Shown piece by piece: positions 48,207-64,000 of a stretch of 64,000 bases of DNA; within the stretch, counting starts at the first letter, position 1; the number at the start of each line of letters is the position of its first letter. The stretch covers positions 11,147 to 75,146 of the forward strand of contig JALMLS010000527.1 of the NCBI GenBank assembly GCA_038496445.1, in the 5' to 3' direction. The stretch is from Trichosphaerium sp. ATCC 40318 (Eukaryota > Protista > Tubulinea). Below the pieces are notes generated by a model that was not told the origin of the DNA, made no database searches, and worked only from the letters and a program-made list of their open reading frames with translations. Position numbers and translations under genes: made by a program.

Positions 48207-50727
48207 ATGGCAGCTAACAACAACAAAGAATATACAACGGCGTACGGCGTACGAATTAAATTAGTTCTACTAGCCGATGGCGCTGTTGGGAAAACGTGTA
48301 AGTGTAGTTTTACCTCTAGTTATAGTATTTTTTCTCAAATGATTATCTACTGATCAAAACAAGGCTTGTGTACAAGGTTTTGCAAGGATTACTTCTCCAC
48401 AACCTATGATCCAACGTTAAGAAACCAGTACAAGTAAGGAAGGTAAATACCGATCGGGTTAATGTTGTTTTACATAGAACAACACTGAACGTTAGCGAAA
48501 ATGACACGACTTCCACCAAAGGACCAAAAACGTACTGAAAAGTGCCCAAGATGCAACCTAATCTGTTTTTAGCGCTGTGAGCTTGTCAATGGTTGATACA
48601 GCGGGCCAAACTGATTATGGTATTACTTACAAACCTTATCAAGCAATTAACGGTATTATTTTAGCTCATGTCCGAGAACGCGAAATACAATTTAGCGAAG
48701 GACTCATTGTAGTATTTGATGTGACGCGAAGGTTCAGCTTTGAGGCTGCCGAGGGGATACTGACAATGATAGAAAGATCCGACAGTACGGCAACCCAACA
48801 CGGCCTTTTGACACTCGTAAATATCTATTGTAGAAGCGAACTATCCTTGCATTCTGGTAGGTAATCAAATTGATCGGGAAGATAGAAGAGAAGTGTCAAC
48901 AATTGAAGGCAAAACTCTCGCAACGAAATATAAGGCTCAGTTCATTGAAACATCTGCAAAAGAAAACACCAATGTTGCTGAAATGTTTTCAACAATATCT
49001 AGGAGCGTGCTTAGATTCAAAGCGGTACACAAATAAGAAAGATATTTAAACACATGTCAAAAAAAAACTGATTTTTTTTTTCTTCAATAGGCGAAGACAA
49101 CTACTGACAAGAGACCGAAGTTAAACATTTCGTACTTGGGAAGGCGGACACTGCCAAAATCATCGTTAAAGTATATCAGTAATATTACAACGCTACATGT
49201 AGCAAAGAACAGAATAACATTGGAAAACTTGATTAAGATTACACAAAAAATGACTCAACTGACAGACTTGGATATATCTTGCAATGCACTCACGAGATGT
49301 CCTCCACTCAACAACTTAGTTGATCTACGTAAATTAAATATAAGCTGTAACATGATACCAGTAGTACCACGGGGTTTGAATGCTCTACAACAGCTGGAGT
49401 ACTTAGATGTTTCATCTAATGTTCTAACTAAATTTGACCCTGTGGTTCTCAAGTTACCTTTCTTGCGTGTATTTGATATACGGTATAACAACTTACAACT
49501 TGAATACATGGAAGACGAACTGGCACAATTTATTCGCAATCGTGGTAAATTAGAGCGCAACAGTCCACTCATAATTGGTACTGAGGCAATATGCAAATAA
49601 CTAAATGCTAACATCTTTTAGACGAATTGAATGCAGCTACTGATTTGCTATTGAAAGGTACTGAATCTGACCAGATTAGAGCAGCACGCTACTTGGCTGA
49701 AAACGCAGGAAATGGTAAGGACGAAGCCTGTTTTTTTAATTCAAATCTTATTTATTGTTTCCAAGGTATTGCACGTGACTTAGTCACTAAAAAAGGTGGT
49801 ATATCTGCTCTAGTTGCACTATTACGGTCTGACAAAAAGAAATCACAAAGAATTGCAGCAAAAACATTACATCAGTTTGCACAGCATGGAGGTACCAAAC
49901 CCAAAAATAACGCAATGTAAGTGCTGGCTTTACAACTTTTTAGAGGTCTACCAAAATGAGATTGTTACTGCTGGTGGTCTGGGACGTTTAGTTGTACTTT
50001 TGGACTCAGTAGACTCCAAGCGCATTACTCAACGAGCGCTCAGTATACTTACATTGCTAGCTTCTCATAACGGTACAAAAAATCGCTTAAAGTGCTTGAT
50101 CAAACTTACTCGATTGTAGAGAAAAATCGGGATCGTATTGACTTCCTTGGGGGAGTCAAGCGTCTAGAGAATGTTAAGAAGGCATCTACAGATTATACAA
50201 ATGCCATGGCACGAGAACTTCTAGATATGATAAAACAATCAAAGGCAAAAGAAAACTTGACAATAGTAGATCCTAGTCAAGTTTCAAACAGGCAAAGACG
50301 TAACACAGTAGCTGTTAATGATATAGATCTATCTTTTGTTGTACCTGTAGAACAAAAAGCAGTAACACATCGCAAAAAAGAAGCAGTTTCAAGCAAAAAA
50401 ACAGGTACTCCTCGTTTACAACAAAGAGAAAGAAATTACGAGATTTTATTCGACGTCAATGGTGAAAAAATCCGAGATTACGAATCAGAGTACTACAAGT
50501 TGAAGGCAAGATTGAAGGTAATAGAGCAAGCTCTCTTCGAATCACAAAAAGATTTTAAACAAGAACAAAAGAAGAACGTCATTTACAAGCAACAACTACG
50601 CGAGAGTGAGGCTGCAAATGAGCATTTGAGAGTAAAATTAAGACAAGCTACATCAAATTCTTATCCTAAAAGAACAGCTGTCAGTGCGAATGACCTGCCA
50701 TCAATTAGAAACACTCTACAAACATAA
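48207..50727 (+). CDS. Ras-like GTPase fused to LRR, armadillo repeats and coiled coil
   Basis: G1 ADGAVGKT, YDPT, DTAGQ, NQID and ETSAK. In-frame splice into LRRs (LTDLDISCNAL), then ARM repeats (GGISALVALL). Confidence 0.85.
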
Positions 50728-51126
50728 CCCAAGCGAGAAAAGAAACTTGTTAAACAGCGTTGTAAATAAAAGTCTATTTTCACAAAGTTTTACGTAACAC
50801 TTCCCTCTAACGTTTTCAGGCACTACAGGCCTAAAATTTGCTTTAGGCAAAGCAACGCGTGCTGAGAATCCAAAATTGGTCGAGTAGTTTGTCTTTTGGT
50901 GTTGCACGTAAAAGAGCGACTAAGGGCCGGGCAAATAGCGCAAGTTTCTTTTGAAACCACGACGGTAAAAGAATTGTCCAAAACAGTCACACCAAGTACA
51001 CCAAGTACCTCAATAGTTGGGAACGCGTTGTAACGCTCTGCGTTTCCATGATTGCCAATTAAACAATTAGTAATCCCGGACTGCATTACTTTCACTCAAA
51101 CAAACTCGTTTTAACGCTCAGAGGGC

Positions 51127-53791
<2,665 letters not shown>

Positions 53792-54033
53792 GACAACCCA
53801 AAGAAAATGCGAGAGTGCAACCCATTCGAATATTTCAGATTTTTTGCACAAGCCAAAAAAGAGGAAAAAAGTTTTCTTTTTTAGGCTGGCATCAACTATT
53901 AGTTTGTATGTAGTGACCATGTAAAATAACAGAGGCGAATGCCAAATATCTTGTGTCGTTTGTTGCGGGTGGTTGGTTAGCCCTGGTAGATTTCGTCCAG
54001 GGCACACATTTTGTACTTTTTTAACCTTCAAAC

Positions 54034-55982
<1,949 letters not shown>

Positions 55983-56271
55983 ACCACGCTCTTTTTGTTT
56001 CACTTTGTGACAACAAAAAAAAAGTTTTGATTGTTGAGACGTGTGTTTTTTACTCTCTCAGCGTAATAAAGAACTCTCTTCTTTTTTTACTGGTTTGACT
56101 CACAACCTTCTATTATTGCGCTCTCTTTCTCTATTGATTATGTGGATTCCTAAAGACGCTTGTAAAGCGAAATCGGGTTATCTATTTCTCCATTAGACTA
56201 AAACTCTGTACTACATACTCGGTCCCTTTTTTTTTGTATTGTTTTTTCAAAACGTGTCAAATATTTTTTAG

Positions 56272-59242
56272 ATGGCCGAGTCTAACAGCAAGAGAAGTTC
56301 GGGTAGATCCACGCCAACTCTCCATTCAACCTACTCGCCGATTTCGCCAAATGAGCCAAATAATAGACAGTGGAACTATAATAGTGTTAAAGAGTATAAT
56401 CCATGGTTCTCTCGTCACTTACTACCCCAAAAACCACAAAAAGTAAGTGTTTAGTTTCGGCCAACTTTTTAAATCATTGGTTTATTACACAGTTGAACAA
56501 GTATCTTACGCTTTGTTTTTGTAATTTATTTTGTTATTGCAGAAAGTAATTAGCGACAAAAGCGATGATAGTCCCCCTAGTGCGATAGAAAGTGCAGTAA
56601 TGCGCCTGTACGATAATAAAACGTACAAATAAACTTGTATAGGCAATCACGTGACTGTGGTGCTTAGGTTGGCCGATGCTGAATTCGTGGTTGGCGAAGA
56701 TCAAGTGCATTTCACTACACATCGTCTTATACTAGCTATGAGAAGTGAGGTAAGTTTATTCGTGAAGGAGAAAACTCAAAAACTCAAACAAATAAAAAAA
56801 AAACCGAAACATTTACTGGTCTAGGTTTTTGAGCGTATGCTTTATGGTGGTATGATTGAATCGGAAAAACCTCAAGTGGCTATAGAAATACCCGATGTTT
56901 GTCCAGAGGCATTTGAGCTATTACTGCGGTTCATATACACTAACGTTGTTGTTTTGAAAGAATCAAATGGTACGCTGTTTGGGACAAATTAAAACTTTTT
57001 TGGTTTTTTTTTGTCTGTCACGTGATATTTATTCTGTGTAGTAATGGAAACCTTATACGCTGCAAAAAAATATCAGTTGCTTGAATTGGAAAGATTGTGT
57101 CTAGAATTTCTGGATAAAAGTTTGTCGGTTGAAGTGGTACGCTTGTTTTAATCAACTTTTTCATCTTTTGATTTGAAAGCACTTGTTTTTTTTTTCTATC
57201 GTCTAAAGTTCGCTTTCAGAACAATGTAGGTAACAAAATATATCAGACAAGCGCATGATTTAGGGCAGTCTCAAATAGTTGATTGTTGCATTAAATATAT
57301 TACAGTACGCCTAATACATTGCTATTTTTCTAGTGGTTTTATGAACCTAATATTTGAGGTAGATTAACGGACCTGCTGTTTTTGAGACTGAGGGATTCTA
57401 CCAGCTTCCAAGGGTTAGTGTATTTCTTACTTATAAAACTAAAGATACCTAGGAATGCCTGGCACTAATTGTAACGGACAACTCGCTATTTTTCGAAGAG
57501 GTAATTAGAGTGTTGTTTTAACTCTAATTTTTTTACATAGATTGAATTATTCGATGCAATTATCAGATGGGCAAAAGGTCAATGCAAAGAACAAGTATGG
57601 GTTTTAGAAATCGTATTTTTTTAATTATACAAATAGAACTTGCCCACACAAACAAGCAATATTCGAGATGTCCTTGATGGCGTAAGCAATCATCAATTTT
57701 CAAAAAAAGATGGTTAATTCGTGTCCTTAGATTCTGGAGCATGTTCGATTTCCTCTTATGACGATGAGTCAGGCACGTGATTTTTAATTTTTTTATGTGG
57801 AATTGAATGCAATCTTACGTATTCTTTGTTAATAGTTGTCTATTGATATCAATCAGTCTGGTATCTTAACAGCTGAGGAACTTAAAAATGTTTTTTGTAA
57901 CAAAGCAAGTGGAGGTGTTGTTAGTACAACTTTTAACTCAACAACGAGAATGTTTGGTCGTAAGGACGTTGGGGTACTACTTTGTTCTATCAGCTATGGA
58001 AACAACTTACAAAACTGAATAGAAAATGAAATTCTTGATACTAGCAGCCGAAGCAACAGACGTACTACAACTTTTTTTTTTTGGTAAAGAAAACCTGATT
58101 AACTTATTTTTACCGTAGGATTACATAGGTGAGAACAAATTCAGAAAAGAATTATTTCATAGCCAAACTTTTATGTAACTTTTTTGTTTTTCAGAGGATG
58201 TAAAGGCTTGCCTCAACCAGGAGGAACAAGGTAAACATATCACTTATTTTTCTACAAAGCAAAAACATGTTCGCTTATTAAATACTAGTGATCGTACACG
58301 TAGTCCCAGGTGAGTGCTTAAAAGGGTCCTAAAAGATCGTCAATTGTCTTTAAACCCACTGCTACCTTTTTTTGGTGACCACTCACAAGTGATATTGCAG
58401 TTAATTCTCAGCGTGTTGTCGACTATAGCCAGTACAATGCAATCTTGACATGGTCTAATTATAGCTACTATAACACAGAAGAGGTTGGTGATCAACTAGC
58501 AGATTATATAGACAATGGTGGCGGAGTAGTGGTCGCAGCATTTGCAACAGTACGTTGTTGTAGCACTCAGCAGACTTGCTTTTTGAACTTTTTTCATTTA
58601 TGGCTTAACGTTAGTTCTAGAATAAGTCAGGACTTGGTCTTTCAGGTAGATTCACCTCTGAGGCATATCACGCACTTCTACCTGTACGAAGCGTTGTAAT
58701 TTAAACTTATAAACCGTTCATTAACGAAAAAAATAGGGTTCTCAAATTAATGGCAAGCGTTGTACTTTAGGCAAAAAAATCCTTCCAGGTCATCCTACGT
58801 ACGGACAAAACAAAATATTTTAGTACTAATATCTCCGCGCTAAAGGATGATTGGTGTTAATAGCTTTGATGGCGGTAAAGATTCATACAGGTGTGCTACT
58901 GAAGAAAAAACTACCAGATTTGTTTTTTTTCCTATGTTGTATTGACCTACTGGTTGTTGATTTGTGTTTAGGTCGAACTGTAAATTGAGTGAAGGAAGTG
59001 TCCTTGTATCTACTTGGGATGATGGAACACCACTGGTGGCTGTAAAGCAGATAGGAAAAGGTAAAAGAAAAGTACTCAAATGAACGGTTAAAGTAATCCT
59101 TTTTTTCTTTTAAGGTTGGAGTGCAACAACTAATTTCTTTCCTCCTTCATCTCGTGTCTGCTCAACCTTTTGGAATGTAAACAGCGATGGTGCTCTTATT
59201 CTTTTGAATACACTCGTCTTCGTTGCACGATGCACGAGTTAA
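56272..59242 (+). CDS. BTB/POZ-BACK protein with a C-terminal class I GATase-like domain
   Basis: FVVG..HRLILAMRSEVFERMLYG, ETLYAAKKYQL and VRFPLM. C-terminal GDQLADYIDNGGGVVVAAF..WDDGTPLVA..NFFPPS. Confidence 0.85.
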
Positions 59243-60244
59243 ATACCCTTGTCTATTGTTGTAAATAAAAACTGTTTCTTGTACTTTTCTTGGTCAAGTG
59301 TAGCTTCCAGACGCGTTGTATCATTAAGGTTTGCAAGGAAGCTATTGTCTTGGCTTACACTGAATGGTTTCATTGCAGGGTACAAAAAAGAAAGCAATGG
59401 CCGACAGTAAGATGTATTAGAGTAGTTTATTGTTTCTCAGGTTACATTTGAAGCACACAGAGGATCTGACAGTGCCTTGAACAAGCGTCAAGGTAAGAGC
59501 CAGGCAGTGATATGGCTCTGACAAATACCAAAAAAAATTCATTGTTTTACCAATGTCTTAGGCAAGGTGCTAATGTGTCTCTGTGTTACGGAGATCCTTG
59601 CCTGTTAGCGTCTGTTGAACTCCATCTACTGTTCGAAAGTAGGATGGCGCTGCCCTGGAATTAGTTTGTACCAGGTTAATACTTTAGACTAATACCGTAA
59701 CAATGGTAGCAGCAGTCAACATGTATAGACGCCCTCTCCACTCAACGTGAAGTAGCGGACACTACAACCATAGTTATTAAGTATGGAAGGCTGATTAATT
59801 TCCACTAATAAAAGTTTAGACTTCGATTTAAATACCGCTACAAAATATCCTGAAAAAAAAAGTGGTTTTGGAGAAACTGCGCCAAACTGCTTCTAACGCC
59901 ACAGCGCACCTTTAGAAACAGCTTTGATCAAACTTTAATTTTTACTCGACCGGTGCGAAGCGTACGAATATACCAAATGCGCCTAAACACTCTTTAGCCC
60001 CTTACATACGCAATTGCACAACACACAGCTCCTTTACGAGCAATGTGCACTTGTGCACTCGTTTTGTTATCTGAAAATTCTAACGAGGAAGCATCTCAGC
60101 TGTGGCTATGAGCGGGAAACTCTGTTTAGAGCGTTCTCGTCCTGTATGTACGTTAAATCCACTTTAAAACACTTTAAAATCAATAAGAGTACCATTTTTC
60201 GGACTTTTCCGCTTGAAATAGTCGTTTAGGAAGGTGTGCGATTC

Positions 60245-60507
60245 AAAAAAACGTGATCGCACCGTTTCAGCTTTTCTTTCTTTATTTTTGTTTAAAACCT
60301 CATCTTATATTTGTAACAGACCTTCATACAGCGTCAGCGGTGCTTTAAACCTTTTTTGCTTTTGCTTCGGCCGAAAAAACGTGATCGAAGCCTTTTAAAA
60401 AGCTTAAAACCACTCTACAATTGTGTGAATAATATAAACAAGTTGTATGACGTCGCTCTCGAAGTTTTAATACCCTTTCAGTACTTTTTCGGTCGAAAAA
60501 CGTGATC
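60245..60507 (+). promoter_or_regulatory. Three spaced copies of AAAAACGTGATC upstream of an F-box gene
   Basis: CGTGATC at 60252, 60380 and 60501, each preceded by an A-run. Function is inferred only from position. Confidence 0.45.
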
Positions 60508-60624
60508 TATTTGCATAAATTAATACAAGCGAGAATGACCATGACTGACAAACAGCTGTGAGATATTTTGCAATTGCACAGCACTCAACAACGCACACAT
60601 TATCCAGCCAACGTATTCTACAAA

Positions 60625-61766
60625 ATGCAAAGGTCACTAAAGAGACAAAACAGCCGTTCATTTATTGGGTACTACTCCCTTGACACGCTGCCAGACTCAG
60701 TAATAGAGACCTTACTGCGGTGTCTACACAGTAGACGGCGAATTCGAGTCACATGCAAGAAGTTCCGAGATATGACCTTGCAGGTGTTACAAAAGCAACT
60801 ACTCGAACACCTCAAAAGGCTTGCCGAGCATGCGCAGAGTGCCACTGAGCATCTACGTCTCAGAAAGGTTCCACAAGAGGAAAAGAATTACCACAACGCA
60901 AACTTGCGTCGTAATATCGTCAACGATACGCAAACGCGGCCTGTGTTAGTCTGGAACGTTGGTAAGTAAAGCTTTTTTTTGGTTTTTTTTCACTTGTTTT
61001 TTTTTCCTTGGCTAAGTTTAGAATTTAGGAACAAACAGCGGAGTTGTATCGCTACCTCAACTTCCGCGTAATGTTTTGAAGAAATGGTAGTGAAGTTTCT
61101 GCGAACAGTACCAAATGGCGACGAGTGCTGGTTCACGTGGAAATTACCAAACTACCTTAGAACTAAAGCGTTTCAGCTGAAATGCTTTGTTCCTGTTGAA
61201 CACCACACAGGCATGTTTGTTTAGTGGCTTTTTTTTTTGCTTTAAATTAGCGGTTTTCTCTGCAATTGTGAAAACTCGATTTTTTTTTTGGCTTTTTTTC
61301 CTCGCTTTGACTCTGTTGTAATTTCTAATTTCTTGTAGACGCTCTAAAAAATATGGCGTTATACAAAAGAGCGTATAACGAGGGTTGTTTCCTTAACGCT
61401 GCGCGTCAGTTAGCTGGTATACTGACGCTAGAAGACATTGGTGGCTTTCTGGTCTCAGACTTTTACGCCATGTTAAAGATAGGCAGGGTTGCCTTATTTA
61501 AAAAGAACGTCTCTTTAGATGTTCTATATAAACATCTTGTTCTATTGGAACAGTTTCTTGCGGAGCGTATTGAAGGTCAGTACGCTACACCGTTCTTTTT
61601 CCGCCAAGGAAATATATTCCATCTTGGGGTGGTGGTGGATTCTGGCTTTCCGAGGAGGAAGAAAAAATATGGCATAAATGCCACAAGGAATACATTGAAC
61701 CCGACAAGGAGTACTATGAGAAGAATCGTAGAAAGAGAGCTAGACAGTATAAACAATAACTTGTAA
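60625..61766 (+). pseudogene. F-box-like gene, probably disrupted
   Basis: SLDTLPDSVIETLL..RVTCKKFR, with introns at about 60962-61028 and 61211-61338. A frameshift near 61075 and a 22-nt deletion relative to the 15.9 kb copy. Confidence 0.6.
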
Positions 61767-62010
61767 TAAACGTGACCTTTAATAAGTTATTGTAACTTCT
61801 TTCATTGCTTAAACCAGACAAGAGTACTGTAATTTTGTCCATGGCTCACTGAGGAGGGTTGTCCACGCAAAAGAACTTTGTTTGTTGTTAAATTGTTCGT
61901 CTTCTTTTTTTTTTCTTCCTCCGTGTTTTGCTCTGACTTTCATGTTTTTCTTTAATTGTAATGTACGCAAATTCTTCATGCTTGAAACAAAGAGGACTTA
62001 GTCTTATTTG

Positions 62011-63061
62011 TTAAGTTAAATAGGTTCGTAAAAGCACCTCTAAGTGAGCTCTTATATACTTTTGTAATTTTATTGTACCGTGCCTCTGAATATAGCAACT
62101 TGCTGGTTCATAAATAATTCCATTATTTTGTCTTTTGTTTGTTTTGGTTAACAGAACTCTAGTTTGCATGTCTTTATTGTTACGTACTGAAGTAATCCTA
62201 TTAGCCATTTCCCATTCTCATCTCTAGTTATATGGCTTATTTCGTTAAGTACAGCTTGCTCTGAACGCAAAGCTTCAACTTGTAGCAAAAAATCAGTTTT
62301 GTTTTGATGAAGCTCGCACACTTTGTTTGCTTTTAACTCTTTCTACTTCCCTCTTTCGCTACAAAGTATAAATTTTCTGCTACAAAATACTGACAAACAA
62401 ACCTTTAATCCCCTTTTCCTCACGGAGGTCCTCTGCCTAAACCAATCCTGAAAAACAATAGAGATTGTATGAGTACCTATTCCTATATTCTGTAACGGCA
62501 TCAGCCTGTTCACCTCCATCGATGCAGTCTTTTACAGTTAACATTAAGGCGTAACTATATTTCTTTTTTGGCACCTGTAGGTTCCCAAGTTGGCTCGTCA
62601 TAGCCCTTCCATTTTAAAAGAAATTCAGTTTTCCCCTAAGCCATGTTTGTATCTTTTTTTGGAATTAAACGTGACAACGCACCTGTTTTTTACGTTCACC
62701 TAGTATAGATTCAATCTCGTACTCTTCAATATACGAGCCGCTTTCTTCGTCTACATCGGATAGTTGACGATCATTGGTGGATCCAGAACTACATTGAAGC
62801 GTTCCACTGTTTTGTAGGTCAAATTGTACCTCGTGTGACAGGAGTTTATCTTTTTTATGCTGTACAATAGGCGAGGGACTCTTTGGACTTTGTTTCTGGA
62901 ACTTTAGGATCTCAGTTTGTTCTATTGTAGTAAGAAAGCGTATGGGATGGTTCTATAGGCGTATAAAGCATAAAAACTGCGAGACTCCAAAAAAAAATAA
63001 CGGAAAAAATAACCGAGTGGTTTTATCTTATACCTGATGTTTCTTCGTGATACTGATCCAT
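62011..63061 (-). CDS. Chromodomain protein with probable chromo-shadow domain (HP1-like)
   Basis: EEYEIESILGER..GKTEFLLKWKGYDEPTWEP, and a shadow-like C-terminus EISHITRDENGKWLIGLL..IYEPAS. Confidence 0.8.
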
Positions 63062-63318
63062 ATGGATAACTAAAACACTACGTTTAACCAGTGGGTAGTG
63101 TGCACTAGACAATAAAACGACTTTTTGGCTGGCAAAACCTCGGCACGTAAAAGTAAAACAAAATGACAGACGTCCCATACTATGACCGCAAGTCCCATAG
63201 AGTTAATTTCTTTACCCTTGGAGTATAACAAAGATGTCATCCTTTTTAAAACTTATTGTAAAGTGGGCGAGAAGTCACGTGATCACTTTGTTCAAAAATA
63301 CAATGTTTTTATTTTACA

Positions 63319-64000
63319 CTACTTTGCATTCCGCGCAGCACTTGTTTTTACGCTATTTTTTAAGGATGCTATCTGGTTTTCAAGATCTATAACCAAATCC
63401 GAACACTTTGGTCTACGAACTGGAGAAGCAACCTAAAAAAACAACTTAGAAACTCAAACTTTAGAAAAAAATTATTTAGTGCTTACCCATGAAGTATAAA
63501 TAAGTTTTCTAAAATTCTCTGGTGTGCTTTTAGGAAAAGTAGGTCTCAAATCCTTAGTAATAATAGCGTCAATAATCTCATGCTTTTTGAACTCCTCACG
63601 ATAAACTCTTGAACCAACAACAGAAAATCCGTGCTGCGCTAAAAAAAAAGTATCTTTAGCTTTTTTCTTGTTTTTTTCTCGTTTTAACGTTGTGAATTGT
63701 TACGTACCAAGCTCTTCCACTAATAGAGCTTTTACAGTATTTTTGCATCAGATAACTTTATTCTTATATAATCTTTTATCTCTTCTTCTGTTTTACCTTC
63801 ACCTTTTAACCGAGAAGAAATACTTTGTTCTAACACAACTTCATCATTAAATTGTTCCTCTGTCCATGTTTCTTCTGTTTTAATTACAAACTGAAGATAC
63901 TCAGCAAAAGGCGTCTTCCTTGCAGCTAGCTCCCAGCAAACCATAGCAAGACTAAAGAACAATGAGATGATAACAATCAATACAAAATCTAACCTGTAAA
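63319..64000 (-). CDS. C-terminal part of a TKL/Roco-type protein kinase (truncated by window edge)
   Basis: SLAMVCWELAARKTPF..DLRPTFPKSTPENFRKLIYTSW..PVRRP. A 1-nt homopolymer frameshift at 63740-63744. Confidence 0.85.

Overview
AT-rich, gene-dense eukaryotic DNA with many short (mostly 35-100 nt) GT-AG introns and frequent GTACGY donors. It looks like an amoeboid protist, but the taxon is an inference. About 30 genes can be reconstructed by splicing. The intron-rich housekeeping backbone includes a UPF1/SMUBP2-like helicase, an MGME1/Cas4-like nuclease, anoctamin, a UBE2Q-like E2 + UFD1 + zinc-finger fusion, prohibitin, METTL6, RTF1, an STK16-like kinase, BolA, filamin-repeat proteins, an AADAT-like aminotransferase, a Ras-LRR-ARM fusion, PI4KB, ADH5, a BTB-BACK protein, an HP1-like protein and a TKL-type kinase. 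Between these sit intron-poor accessory patches (0.2-5.2, 15.1-16.2, 31.4-36.3 and 60.2-61.9 kb) made of paralogous F-box-like + 21-aa LRR and F-box-like + MORN-variant genes. The best candidate for an undescribed system is a duplicated convergent F-box-MORN / F-box-LRR cassette. It has basic leader exons, near-identical F-box regions and highly variable repeat surfaces, suggesting a diversifying SCF-adaptor repertoire that may be immune-related or giant-virus related. A probable U12-type GT-AT intron lies in the STK16-like gene. Single-base frameshifts in clearly essential genes suggest assembly indel errors, so pseudogene calls are tentative. All gene models were made by eye, and boundaries may be off by a few bases.
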